A stretch of DNA of 64,000 bases from Eledone cirrhosa (GCA_964016885.1 OZ024766.1:2356001-2420000), one strand, 5' to 3'; shown: positions 1 to 15,658, numbered from the stretch's first letter. Numbers and translations: made by a program. The notes: generated by a model not told the origin, from the letters alone.

Positions 1-654
1 GGCAGTGAAACATATGTAACATGTAATTAAATATGTATATTTGAGGCAACACTGATTATTTGTTCCCTAATTACTATTATTATTGAAACTCTGCTCCCCT
101 ACGGACGCAATTCAATTGTACCACTAATACATATATGTGTGTGTGTGTGTGTGTATATATATATTTATGAATGTGTGTGCGTGTATATATATACAAATAT
201 ATATATACATGTATATATACATATATATATACATGTATATATACATGTATATATACATGTATATAAACACATATATATATATATATACATGTATATAAAC
301 ATATATTAACATGTATATATATACACATATATATATATACATGTATATAAACATATATATATACACACATATATATATATATATACATGTATATAAACAT
401 ATATTAACATGTATACATACACACATATATATAAACATATATATATATACATACACACATATATATATACATATATATATACATACACATATATATATAT
501 AAACATATATACACATATATATATATAAATATATATATATATACATATATACACATATATATACATAAATATATATATATATATACATATATACACACTG
601 TTCTTTAAATGGTATCACCAGCAATAACAGAGATGGGGGGAGGGGTGGTCTGAC

Positions 655-840
655 GTGGTGGTGGTAGTAGTAGTAGTAGTAGCAGTAGTAGTAGAAATGA
701 TAGTGTTCATGATGATGATGATGGTGGTGGTGGCAGTAGAAGTGGTGGTAGTAGTTGTAGTAATAGTGGTACATGCAATGATAATGGTAGTAGTAGTAGT
801 AGTAGTAGCGATGGCTGTGGTGGTAGATGTAATAATGATG

Positions 841-875
<35 letters not shown>

Positions 876-930
876 GGTGGCAGTAATGTTTGTGAAACAA
901 TGATAATGACAATGATGATGATGATGGTGG
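655..930. repeat. (GTA/GTG/ATG)n trinucleotide tract in presumptive HDAC 3' UTR
   Basis: Direct inspection. Confidence 0.9.
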
Positions 931-974
931 TTAAATATAACACACATCAGCCACAGTGGTTGGCTCCCCTCCTC

Positions 975-1051
975 TTAGTGTTCCATTCTTCCAACATCAC
1001 TGTCCCTTCCATCAATAGACATCCCTTCAGATTTTGTTAGGTCCATGTCTG
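975..1051 (-). CDS. HDAC1: HDAC terminal coding exon 14 ((A)[24 protein letters not shown])
   Basis: Long poly-T tract then CAGCAG acceptor; phase matches exon 13; TAA at 977-975. Tail is not conserved, so less certain. Confidence 0.75.
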
Positions 1052-4000
1052 CTGAGAAACAAGAAAAAAAAAAAAAATGTATATATAATTATGTCCGCCT
1101 TGCCTATGTACAAAGCGAAACCTACTGTCAGTAGGCACCTCTCAACCAAATATACACCCCAATCCACTACCCTATCCTCCCACTAACACCACGAGAAGAT
1201 GAGATCGAGATCGTGTAGGTGTCACGACAAAAACACACCCAGTCCACGCTGTAATGTGGCCGTGTAGGTAACACGGTAAAAACCTCCCAGTCCACGCTGT
1301 AATGTGGCCGTGTAGGTAACATGGTAAAAACCTCCCAGTCCACACTGTAATGTGGCCGTGTAGGTAACACGGTAAAAACCTCCCAGTCCACACTGTAATG
1401 TGGCCGTGTAGGTAACACGGTAAAAACCTCCCAGTCCACACTGTAATGTGGTAGTGTAGGTAACACGGTAAAAACCTCCCAGTCCACACTGTAATGTGGC
1501 CGTGTAGGTAGCACGGTAAAAGGTTCCCAGTCCACACTGTAATGTGGCCGTGTAGGTAACACGGTAAAAGGTTCCCAGTCCACACTGTAATGTGGCCGTG
1601 TAAGTAACACGGTAAAAGGTTCCCAGTCCACGCTGTAATGTGGCCTTGTAGGTAACACGGTAAAAGGTTCCCAGTCCACACTGTAATGTGGCCGTGTAAG
1701 TAACACGGTAAAAGGTTCCCAGTCCACGCTGTAATGTGGCCGTGTAGGTAACACGGTAGAAAGCACCCAGTCCACGCTGTAATGTGGCCTTGTAGGTAAC
1801 ATGGTAAAAGGTTGCCAGTCCACACTGTAATGTGGCCGTGTAGGTAACACGGTAAAAAGTTGCCAGTCCACGCTGTAATGTGGTCGTGTAGGTAACACGG
1901 TAAAAGGTTGCCAGTCCACACTGTAATGTGGCCGTGTAGGTAACACGGTAAAAACACACAGTCCACGCTGTAATGTGGCCGTGTAGGTAGCACGGTAAAA
2001 ACACACAGTCCACGCTGTAATGTGGCCGTGTAGGTAACACGGTAAAAAGTTCCCAGTCCACGCTGTAATGTGGTCGTGTAGGTAGCACGGTAGAAAGCAC
2101 CCAGTCCACGCTGTAATGTGGCCTTGTAGGTAACATGGTAAAAGGTTGCCAGTCCACACTGTAATGTGGCCGTGTAAGTAACACGGTAAAAGGTTCCCAG
2201 TCCACGCTGTAATGTGGCCATGTAGGTAACACGGTAGAAAGCACCCAGTCCACGCTGTAATGTGGCCTTGTAGGTAACATGGTAAAAGGTTGCCAGTCCA
2301 CACTGTAATGTGGCCGTGTAGGTAACACGGTAAAAAGTTGCCAGTCCACGCTGTAATGTGGTCGTGTAGGTAACACGGTAAAAGGTTGCCAGTCCACACT
2401 GTAATGTGGCCGTGTAGGTAACACGGTAAAAGGTTGCCAGTCCACACTGTAATGTGGTCGTGTAGGTAACACGGTAAAAGGTTGCCAGTCCACACTGTAA
2501 TGTGGCCGTGTAGGTAACACGGTAAAAGGTTGCCAGTCCACACTGTAATGTGGCCGTGTAGGTAACACGGTAAAAGGTTGCCAGTCCACACTGTAATGTG
2601 GCCGTGTAGGTAACACGGTAAAAGGTTGCCAGTCCACACTGTAATGTGGTCGTGTAGGTAACACGGTAAAAACACACAGTCCACGCTGTAATGTGGCCGT
2701 GTAGGTAGCACGGTAAAAACACACAGTCCACGCTGTAATGTGGCCGTGTAGGTAACACGGTAAAAAGTTCCCAGTCCACGCTGTAATGTGGTCGTGTAGG
2801 TAGCACGGTAGAAAGCACCCAGTCCACGCTGTAATGTGGCCTTGTAGGTAACATGGTAAAAGGTTGCCAGTCCACACTGTAATGTGGCCGTGTAAGTAAC
2901 ACGGTAAAAGGTTCCCAGTCCACGCTGTAATGTGGCCATGTAGGTAACACGGTAGAAAGCACCCAGTCCACGCTGTAATGTGGCCTTGTAGGTAACATGG
3001 TAAAAGGTTGCCAGTCCACACTGTAATGTGGCCGTGTAGGTAACACGGTAAAAAGTTGCCAGTCCACGCTGTAATGTGGTCGTGTAGGTAACACGGTAAA
3101 AGGTTGCCAGTCCACACTGTAATGTGGCCGTGTAGGTAACACGGTAAAAGGTTGCCAGTCCACACTGTAATGTGGTCGTGTAGGTAACACGGTAAAAGGT
3201 TGCCAGTCCACACTGTAATGTGGCCGTGTAGGTAACACGGTAAAAGGTTGCCAGTCCACACTGTAATGTGGCCGTGTAGGTAACACGGTAAAAGGTTGCC
3301 AGTCCACACTGTAATGTGGCCGTGTAGGTAACACGGTAAAAGGTTGCCAGTCCACACTGTAATGTGGTCGTGTAGGTAACACGGTAAAAGGTTGCCAGTC
3401 CACACTGTAATGTGGCCTTGTAGGTAACACGGTAAAAGGTTGCCAGTCCACACTGTAATGTGGCCGTGTAGGTAACACGGTAAAAGGTTGCCAGTCCACA
3501 CTGTAATGTGGCCGTGTAGGTAACACGGTAAAAAGTTCCCAGTCCACGCTGTAATGTGGTCGTGTAGGTAACACGGTAAAAGGTTCCCAGTCCACACTGT
3601 AATATTTTGTTAGAGATGCCTGACTGTAGTAGGTTTTACTTTGTATTTAGGTAAGGCGGGTCTTCTCTATTTATATATATATATTTATATTTTATACAAT
3701 ATTTATATATTTATATTTATATATACATATTTATATATTTTATACAATATTTATATATATATATATATATATTTTATACAATATTTATATATATATATTT
3801 TATACAATATTTATATATATATTTTATACAATACTTATATATATATATATATATATTTTATACAATATTTATATATATATTTATATATTTTATACAATAT
3901 TTATATATTTATATTTTATACAATATTTATATATATATTTTTTATACAATATTTATATATATATATATATTTTATACAATATTTATATTGTCCTGAACAA

Positions 4001-5806
4001 CAACAACAGTAGCAACAACGGTTACCTTCTTTTCTCTCTTCGTCTGTACGAGGTCGCTTGGCTTTAGGTTTATAATTCATTCTATCTCGCCTTCCTTCGC
4101 CCTCGTCTTCACTGTCCGACAGCTCTTCGTCCCTCACGATCCTCTTGTCACTGGCCCTGACTGTTGACAGATGGACACACAGACACAAATAGAACAGCAT
4201 TAGACTATACAACATTTACAGATAAATATGAACACTGTTACCCTTCATTACCATATTTCTAATGAAAGACACTGTCCCCTATGGTGTAACCCCTTCCATT
4301 ACCATATTTCTAATGAAAGACACTGTCCCCTCTGGTTTAACCCTTCCATAACCATATTTCTAATGAAAGACACTGTCCCCTATAGTTTAACCCTTCCATA
4401 ACCATATTTCTAATGAAAGACACTGTCCCCTATGGTTTAACCCTTCCATAACCATATTTCTAATGAAAGACACTGTCCCCTATAGTTTAACCCTTCCATA
4501 ACCATATTTCTAATGAAAGACACTGTCCCCTATAGTTTAACCCTTCCAAAACCATATTTCTAATGAAAGACACTGTCCCCTATGGTTTAACCCTTCCATT
4601 ACCCTATTTCTAATGAAAGACACTGTCCCCTATAGTTTAACCCTTCCATAACCATATTTCTAATGAAAAACACTATCCCCTATGGTTTAACCCTTCCATT
4701 ACCCTATTTCTAATGAAAAACACTGTCCCCTATGGTTTAACCCTTCCATTACCATATTTCTAATGAAAGACACTGTCCCCTATAGTTTAACCCTTCCATA
4801 ACCATATTTCTAATGAAAGACACTGTCCCCTATGGTTTCCCCCTTCCATTACCCTATTTCTAATGAAAGACACTGTCCCCTATAGTTTAACCCTTCATTA
4901 CCATATTTCTAATGAAAGACACTGTCCCCTATGGTTTAACCCTTCCATTACCCTATTTCTAATGAAAGACACTGTCCCCCATGGTTTAACCCTTCCATTA
5001 CCCTATTTCTAATGAAAAACACTGTCCCCTATAGTTTAACCCTTCCATAACCATATTTCTAATGAAAGACACTGTCCCCTATAGTTTAACCCTTCCATAA
5101 CCATATTTCTAATGAAAGACACTATATGTATATGTGGCCAAATACATATATAACTACATAGAGTGGTGGTGTCACTACAAAAGTACCCAGTCCACTCTGT
5201 AAGGTGCCGTGTTGTCACAATACACTCTGTAAACTTAAATTAACGCCTGAAGAAAGGTCTATTTTGATGCTTCTCGTTTTCTGGAGGTATGGTCAATGTT
5301 GGGCCTTGAAACCCTTTGTTCCATGTATGAACAAAAATTAAATATCTATTATAACTGTTTACTATCCATGTCGAGTGTTGGGGCCTTACATGTCAGGTCA
5401 TTGGGTCCTGGCATGGTTTCTGCAGCTGGATGCCCTTCCTAACACCAACCGCTTTACAGAGTGTATAAAAACATTAATAAATAATATAATATATACACAT
5501 ATCTACACATACATACATCTCTCTTTATATATATATATATATATACATACACATACATATATATATATACACACACATATATATATACACATATATATAT
5601 ATATATATACATACATATATATATACATATATATATAGATATACATATATATATAGATATACATATATATATATATACATATATATATAGATATACATAT
5701 ATATATATATATACATACATATATATATAGATATACATATATATATATATATATATACATACATATATAGATATACATATATATATAGATATACATATAT
5801 ATATAG

Positions 5807-5885
<79 letters not shown>

Positions 5886-5894
5886 CATACATAC

Positions 5895-5965
<71 letters not shown>

Positions 5966-6453
5966 CATATATATACATACACATATATATATACATATAC
6001 ATACACATATATATATACACATATATATATACATACATACATATATATATACATATATATAATGATGATACATATACATACATATATTATATATATATAT
6101 ATATATATACACACACATACATACACATAAATAATGGTGTATGAGCTAAAATGATGTGGTGGTGGTCATGGTAGGAGAGGAACTTACTTGAGATTCTCTC
6201 ATCGGGATTCTCCTTGTCTTCGTCATCGCTGTCTTCGTTGACAGCGTCATCTGGAATGGCTGGACAACAACAACAACAACAACATCAATATCACGGCATA
6301 TATACACACACACATGTATATATATATATATACACACACACACATGTATATATATATATATACACACACACATGTATATATATATATATATATACACACA
6401 CACATACATATACATACATATATATATACACACACACATACATATATATATAT

Positions 6454-6488
<35 letters not shown>

Positions 6489-6491
6489 CAT

Positions 6492-6538
<47 letters not shown>

Positions 6539-6563
6539 CACACACATATATATATATATACAT

Positions 6564-6596
<33 letters not shown>

Positions 6597-6605
6597 CACA
6601 TACAT

Positions 6606-6648
<43 letters not shown>

Positions 6649-6663
6649 TATATATATATATAT

Positions 6664-6704
<41 letters not shown>

Positions 6705-6721
6705 TATATATATATATACAC

Positions 6722-6752
<31 letters not shown>

Positions 6753-6767
6753 CACATATATATACAT

Positions 6768-6798
<31 letters not shown>

Positions 6799-6805
6799 CA
6801 TACAT

Positions 6806-6842
<37 letters not shown>

Positions 6843-6995
6843 CATACACACATATATATATATATATATACATATACATACAGATACATACATACATATA
6901 TATATATACACACACACATATACATACATACATATATATATATACACACACATATATATACACACACACATACATATACACACACACATACATAT

Positions 6996-7035
<40 letters not shown>

Positions 7036-8412
7036 TGATACATACATACATACATATATATACATACATTATATATATACATATACACACACACATATAT
7101 ACATATACTGATACCTACATATATATATCTATACATACACACACACATATATATATATATAGGAGGCACATGGCTTAGTGGTTAGAGCATTGGCTTTACA
7201 ATCGAAAGGTTGTGAGTTCAATTCTCAGACCGGGTGATGTGTTGTTTCCTTGAGCAAGACACTTTATTTCACATTGCTCCAGTTTACTCAGCTGTAGAAA
7301 TGAGATGATAGGGACTGGGGTCCCTACCATTCCCCTGTAAAGTGGTCGTGGAGGTGCCACGGCAAAAAAGCACCCAGCACTCACTGTAAATGAGGTTGGT
7401 GTTAGGAAGGGCATCCAGCTGTAGAGATCAGGCCAGAATCAGTTCCCGTCCCACCCTTGCAAGCAGGGAAAAGCGGACGTAAAATGATGATATCATGCAT
7501 TCGTACACACCAATAATATTTGTTTCTGCTTTCCTATTTGAGAACACACTCCCTCTCATATATATATATATACACACACATAAATATACATACACACAAA
7601 TATACATACACACACACAAATATACATATATATATACACACACACACACACATAAATATATATACATACACACACAAATATATAGATATAGCTGCCTTAC
7701 CTTGCATTTGGACCCCAGGAGCGTGAGGAAGCATCCTCAAATTTTCATATAAACGTGATCTGGGTTTGGAGAAAAGAAAGTGAGAATATAGCAATATTGA
7801 AATACCAACAAACACTGCAATATCAGAACACACACACCACCACCACCACCACCATGTGCTAGCTTCGACTTGACAATCTCTCTGCATCTCTTTGCCAGTC
7901 TTTACTGAGGAGGCTTAACAAGGAGACCCCTCTGTAATTGAGACAATCTCTCTTGTCTCCCTTTTTGAAAATTGGGATTATCACTCCCGATTGCCATTGC
8001 TTAGGTGCCTTTCCAGAGATCCAAGCCACCTGGTACACACGAGTCAGCTAGAGAATACCTTCTCTATTTAAGGCTTTTAACATCTCATGCCAGATTTCAT
8101 CTTCCCCACTGGCTTGGCTACATTTGAGCTCTTTAACGCAGAGTAAACTGGAGCAATGTGAAATAAAGTGTCTTGCTCAAGGAAACAACACATCACCCGG
8201 TCTGAGAATTGAACTCACAACCTTTCGATTGCAAGCCCAATGCTCTAACCACTAAGCCATGTGCTTCCATGTATATATATAAATATATATATAGGAACGA
8301 GTAGGACCCAACGTCTGAGCGTTCTATTCGTTCCTATTACCCACTCTACTACCCTAAGTATTGAGTACTTTGGTGCGTTATGGTCCACCTGGTTCCTTAC
8401 CACATTTCCTTC

Positions 8413-8448
<36 letters not shown>

Positions 8449-9703
8449 TGTAACAAATGAAATAAGGAAGTACCCCTTGACAAGTTCGGCTATTTATTTA
8501 CCAGGCTAAAAATTCTAATTTAGTCCAGAAATAGCCGTCGAAACGGCTTGAGCTCTGCCGTCGGGGTCATACCTTTTCCTATATATGCGTGTAGATAGAC
8601 ATTAAAATATATATATATAAGAGAGAGAGAGAGAGAGAGATAGTGAACTAAATGAGAAAGACAGTTAAAGATATATACAGAGAGAGAGAGAGAGCGAGAG
8701 AGAAAAAGAGAGAGTGAACTAAATGAGAAAGACAGTGAAAGATATATACAGAGAGAGAGAGACTTACTTTATCTTCTCCAGATACTCAGCAGTGTTCTGG
8801 TTGGCCATGTTAGAAGGACTGATATGAAGTTTAAAGTCCGGTCCATAATATTCAAAATAGTCGTTGTATGGTAATTCTGGGCGGAAAGTGGAGAAAATGG
8901 CAGCAGTTTTAGAGATAATCTCTGTCGGTATACACTGTAAGTTTGTATATATATGTGTATTGAAGTTTCCGTTGAAAATTGAAAAAGTCATAGGAGTGAA
9001 GAGTGCTCTATGTAAGTACCAACTCATATTATGTATGTATTTGTGGTCACATATACACAAATATACTTGCCCTCATATATGTACTTACGCACACATTTTC
9101 ACCATACACATGCATTTGTACATTTGTGAGTGTATATACATACATATACACATGGAGGCACATGGCTTAGTGGTTAGAGCATTGGCCTTGCAATCGAAAG
9201 GTTGTGAGTCCAATTCTCAGACCGGGTGATGTGTTGTTTCCTTGAGCAAGAGACTTTATTTCACATTGCTCCAGTTTACTCAGCTGTAGAAATGAGATGA
9301 TAGGGACTGGGGTCCCTATCATTCCACTGCAAAGTGGTCGTGGAGGTGCCACGGCAAAAAAAGCACCCAGCACTCACTGTAAATGAGGTTGGTGTTAGGA
9401 AGGGCATCCAGCTGTAGAGATCAAGCCAGAATCAGTTCCTGTCACACCCTTCCAAGCAGGGAAAAGTGGACGTAAAATGAAATGAATACCCTAACTATAT
9501 TTTTGTCTTATATATATTTTTTTATATATCTCTTGCATTACTTTTATTTATATATTTTTTGCATTTCTTGAGGAGACTTTCCAAATATTTCACTATGTTT
9601 TAAATTGCCTTGTCCGACGAACAAATGAAGACGTTTTTCGTATTCGTCTTATTCGGGAAACCTCTGGTAATGAGGTAATTATATTGTATTGTTTATTATA
9701 CAT

Positions 9704-9735
<32 letters not shown>

Positions 9736-11142
9736 CATATGAAACAATCACACGGGATAATTTGTAAGGAGAGTGTAAGCGCACATAGCTAGCTAACTAA
9801 TAATAACTGGTACTTTATTTTATCAACCCCGTAATAATTGTTTCTACTTTTTGGCACAAGGCCAGCAATTACCCCAGTGTATTACTGGCACTTAATTTTA
9901 TCGACCCCCCCCCCCCCCCCCCCCCTGGATGAAATGCAAAGTTAACCTCGATGGGATTTGAACTCATACCACAAAAGGGACGTAACTCTATGCTGGACAG
10001 CATGGCGTGCGACCCTCTACCGATACTGCCAATCCACCGCCCTAGTCTGTAATCAACAATGAGAGAGCGAGGGAGGGAGAGATGGTACTTACCATTGGCA
10101 ATTTCACAGTTAAGTGCAATAGATGTCTCATGAGTCCAACACCGTGCCACATTACGGATGGTATACCCTCCACCACCCAACATTAACAACGGTAAATTCC
10201 ACTGTTTCATAAATTCTACACATTTACCATGACCTGGAAATAGAGAGAGAGAGAGGAGCGGGGGTTAATATATATATATGTCCTATTCCTTTTGGATTTG
10301 AATGAATATAGCATTAAAAATGGTTAGAAATTGGTAAAAAAATCATTATGGAATCATCATCACTGTTTAACCCTTTAGCATTTACATTACTCTATATATA
10401 CTATTGTATTTTCACAGTAAAGGCTTTACCTCACATAATATCTCACATAACATTTACATTACTCTATATATACTATTGTATTGTCACAGTAAAGGCTTTA
10501 CCTCCCATAATATCTCACATAACATTTACATTACTCTATATATACTATTGTATTGTCACAGTAAAGGCTTTACCTCACATAATATCCCACATAACATTTA
10601 CATTACTCTATATATACTATTGTATTGTCACAGTAAAGGCTTTACCTCACATAATATCTCACATAACATTTACATTACTCTATATATACTATTGTATTTT
10701 CACAGTAAAGGCTTTACCTCACATAATATCGAATCTATGAGATTTTGATATTTATTTTGAGAAAAATACCTTAATTTCTTTGAGTGGCTGGTTATGGTCA
10801 GTTTGAACAGAAAAAGGTGAGAGATTTCTGGCCGGATATGGCCGGTTTAAATGCTAAAGGGTTAACATTTTTTCCATGTTAGCATGGGTTTGACAAGTCA
10901 GATCAGATGACCATGTATGGCTCATACAGAACTGATTTTCACTTGGTTTCCATGGGTCAATGCCCTTCTTCCTAATGCTTACCTTTTAAGGTGAGGTTAA
11001 AACAACCGAGACGGTCCCCTGATAAAGAATCTGCTCCACATTGTAGCACAATAGCACTTGGTTGGTACATCTCCATCACCTTGTTGATAACCTGCAGTAT
11101 ATATTTATATATATATAGTAAACATTTAACACTAAATATATA

Positions 11143-11190
<48 letters not shown>

Positions 11191-14100
11191 TAGTAAGAAA
11201 ACTAAAGTTGAACAGAAATGGAATAACAACAACCATATCCAAACACACGATACTGACCTAAGGTGAATATAAATAAATATAGACAAGTACAATAATAACA
11301 AACACATACTAGTGAACAAAGATAGAATACAAACACAGACACAAGAATCATTTCATCATTTCATTTCATTTTTTACGTCCGCTATTTCCCTGCTTGCAAG
11401 GGTGGGACGGGAACTGATTCTGGCTTGATTTCTACAGCCCTTCCTAACACCAACCTCATTTACAGTGAGTGCTGGGTGCTTTTTTTTACCGTGGCACCTC
11501 CACGACCACTTTACAGTCGAATGATATGGACCCCAGTCCCTAGCACCTCATTTCTACAGCTGAGTAAAATGGAGCAATGTGAAATAAAGTGTCTTGCTCA
11601 AGGAAACAACACATCACCTTTCGATTGCAAGGCCAATGCTCTAACTGCTAAGTCATGTGCCTCCATATATATATATATATGTGTATAGATATATTTCTTT
11701 ATTAGCCACAAGGGCGCACAAGAAAAGGGGACAATACAAAGACATGCCGGGGATTTTACATACAGTCGTGTAAAAAATATAAAATCAAACAATTACAACA
11801 ATCGAAATCCCCAATAGGGGGGGAGGCGCCACAAATGGGTTGTTTAATACCCCGTAGATAGAACAACCCTCAACTCCAGGAGCGTGTTGTGCAAGTGCTC
11901 CTTTCTTCCTTTTGCTCTCTTCTTCAACCTACAGGTTTATAAACAGGGAAGGCCCAATCACTCGGGCCATTCTCGCCACATTCACCCACCTTTCAGTAAA
12001 TTTACTGGGGTGGGGTGCAGTGCCTCTCTCTCCACCCTGATTCTCCTTCTAAAGTGATACCTAAAGAAGGGAATCAATTGTTGTCCGGAGAGAAAGGCAT
12101 CTGTCCTCAGTCCTCTCAACCTCGTCCACATAGATAGATATAGAGACACAAAGAAAAAGAAAGCAAAGAGAGAGAGAACTTACAGGTTTAAAAATAGATT
12201 CATAGGATTCATCATCAATACCATCTCGTAACGGGAAGTTCACTGCATAATATTTGCCCTTGCCAGCACCGATATCCTGGAATAAACACACACATTATAC
12301 ACCGATGCTCACCATCTCTAGGGTATTTAAATAATTGGGAGGGATTTAGTAATATAGCTTTCTCATTATTAAGTTAATGTGGATTGGCAGTATTGGTAGA
12401 GGGTCGGACGCCATGCTTTGACGTATAGAGTTACGGCCCTTGCCATTCTGTGTTCAAATCCCGCCAAGGTTAACTTTGCCCTTCATCCTTACGGGGTCGA
12501 TAAAATAAAGTACCAGTAATGTACTGGGGTATTTGCTGGCCTTGTGCCAATAGTAGAATCAATTATTAAGTTAATGTTTGGAACATAACTTAACAAAGCT
12601 TCTCACATAAAATTATGATAGTTTTTTTTGATAAATATAAAGTTTTGTATCATAGAACCAAGGGTATTTATTTGGAACATAACTTAACAAAGGTTCTTGC
12701 ATAAAATTATGATCGAAGGTTTTTAGATAAATATAAACACTTTAAAACAAACAGTTTTGTATCATAGACCCAGGGGTGTTTGGAACATAACTTAACATAG
12801 AACCAGGGGTGTTTGGAACATAACATATCTAAAATATAATAAAGTAAGGAGTGCGGGACTGTCCATTTTATATTTTTTTATCCCGTTAGTAAAATAAGTT
12901 GGATTACTTTAAATAAATAATAAATAAATATTACATAATTTATCTACTAAATTTCGTGGCTGTTGATTAAACATAAATATTCTTATATATAATGATTGCT
13001 TATTTTAAGATTCACTTCTTTAAAATGTTTAAATGTCAATACTTCCAGTTAAGATATAACATACACTATATAATATCACTTATATAAACATTCAGATATT
13101 TACATCGTTATATCATAACGTTGATATTTCTGTCCCTAATTTTCTCCTTTTTTTTGTTTTCATAACATTTCACCGTAATCCAGTTTATATATAATATCAT
13201 CTTTTTTAAATGTATCATGGATTACTTTACTGATTACAGAAGACAGGGTAACACAGTCTCTCTCCAGTTTCTGTGGATATTGTCAATTACGATATTATTT
13301 GACGTATCATATCTACATGTATGTATATTTGTGTATAATATCAATATACACACTACACATGCCAGCAGAAAACTATCATTAGGGTGGGGTTTTTTTGTTG
13401 GTATATATATAACGAGGATTTGGGCCTCACTTCATCACTTTTCCCTCGTGATGAGATTTAATGACATCTAACCCTATCGATAAGGTGCTAACAACAGAAA
13501 TAGCTCCAGCCCCCAGACATAAGGTCCTAACAACAGAAACAGCTCCAGCTCCCAGACATAAGGTCCTAACAACAGAAACAGCTCCAGCCCCCAGACATAA
13601 GGTCCTAACAACAGAAACAGCTCCAGCCCCCAGACATAAGGACCTAACAACAGAAATAGCTCCAGTCCCCAGACATAAGGACCTAACAACAGAAACAGCT
13701 CCAGCCCCCAGACATAAGGACCTAACAACAGAAATAGCTCCAGTCCCCAGACATAAGGACCTAACAACAGAAACAGCTCCAGCCCCCAGACATAAGGTCC
13801 TAACAACAGAAACAGCTCCAGCCCCCAGACATAAGGACCTAACAACAGAAATAGCTCCAGTCCCCAGACATAAGGACCTAACAACAGAAACAGCTCCAGC
13901 CCCCAGACATAAGGACCTAACAACAGAAATAGCTCCAGCCCCCAGCCATAAGGTGCTAACAACAGAAACAGCTCCAGCCCCCAGACATAAGGTGAACGTA
14001 CGCGGAGGTCTCCTGTCCCAGGGAAATATTCTCCATATTTGTGGAAAGACACAGTCATTACTCGGTCAGTCGTATAAAATGCTTCTTCAACACCGTCACC

Positions 14101-15658
14101 ATGGTGAATGTCAATATCAGCGTAGAGTACTCTCTGGTGGTACCTGTGGTAGTAGAAGTGGTAGTATAGTAGTGGTGGTATAAAGTGGTATAAAGTACCA
14201 GTAATACACTGGTGTAATTGCTGGCCTTGTGCCAAAAGTAGAAACAATTATATAAATATAAATATATATATACAGACACACAACAATAACAAAGTGTTTC
14301 TAATACTTACTTCAAGAGCTCCAGAATGGCCAATACTATATCGTTCACGTAACAGAAACCAGAGGCCTCAGATTTCTTAGCGTGATGCAAGCCTCCTGCC
14401 CAGTTCACTGCAATATCTGCTGCTTGTTTGTTTAGTTTCACGGCACCAGCTGCACAACAAACATTACACGTGCAAATATTAACAGAGATATCAATAACAC
14501 ATAAATAAATACTTTAACCCTTCCGTTACCATATTTCTAATGGAAGACACTGTCCCCTATAGTTTAACCCTGTCATTACCATATTTCTAATGGAAGACAC
14601 TGTCCCCTATAGTTTAACCCTGTCATTACCATATTTCTAATGGAAGACACTGTCCCCTATGGTTTAACCCTTCCATTACCATATTTCTAATGGAAGACAC
14701 TGTCCCCTATAGTTTAACCCTGTCATTACCATATTTCTAATGGAAGACACTGTCCCCTATGGTTTAACCCTTCCATTACCATATTTCTAATGAAAGACAC
14801 TGTCCCCTATAGTTTAACCCTTCCATTACCATATTTCTAATGAAAGACATTGTCCCCTATGGTTTAACCCCTTCATTACCCTATTTCTAATGAAAGTGTC
14901 CCCTATGGTTTAAAATAAATTGTTCTTTGGTAATATCTCTTACATCCCCCTTACATTAAAAACATACTTGACAAATAAAGTACATTTTTAGAAATTCCAT
15001 GTTATAAAATAAATAGGATGGGTTGGGGTTTCAATATGTAAGCTAAACGATTAATTCTGGTTTTTAAAAAAAGACAGCTTTGGTATGGAGATGTGATGTG
15101 CCTATGGATGATGATAACTGGGTGAAGAAGGGCCTGGAAATCCCAGTGGGAGGAAGCTGCAGTAGAAGAAGACTAAGATGAGTATAAACCTACCAACAGA
15201 TCCACCTGTGGAGAGCTGGCAAAATTCATACATGCCATCAAATACTGGACAATCTTCTCCAACATTGACTGGAAATAGACAAACAGGTTTTGATTATTAC
15301 ATGTTACATATATATATGTATATGTGTGTATATGTGTGTGTGTGTGTGTTTATAAATAATAAACATATAAGAGACTGGCTATGAAATATTTTGAGTTATG
15401 ATGAAGTAACAGTTAACATCATACTATTAGGGGTTGTATATGAAAACATACAGCTATGTTGGTGCCACAGAACACCCAACACTCACTGTAAAGGGGACGT
15501 GGAGGCGCCACGGAAAAAAAAAAAGCACCCAGTACTCACTGTAAACGAGGTTGGTGTTAGGAAGGGCATCCAGCTGTAGAAATCAAGCCAGAATCAGTTC
15601 CTGTCCCACCCTTGCAAGCAGGGAAAAGCGGACGTAAAATGATGATGATGATGATGAT

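Noticed and set aside
1167-3597. 590-807 aa ORFs in three minus-strand frames
   Set aside because: Translations of a stop-free 48-bp minisatellite inside an HDAC intron
1239-3600. Regular arrays superficially like CRISPR (also 41800-42218, 53007-53325)
   Set aside because: Head-to-tail tandem units with no unique spacers, no cas genes, eukaryotic context
5454-7178. Many Y/I/H/T/V/C-rich ORFs here and throughout the window
   Set aside because: (TA)n/(CA)n microsatellite translations
7165-7240. tRNA-like A/B boxes
   Set aside because: Head of a multi-copy SINE, no complete cloverleaf
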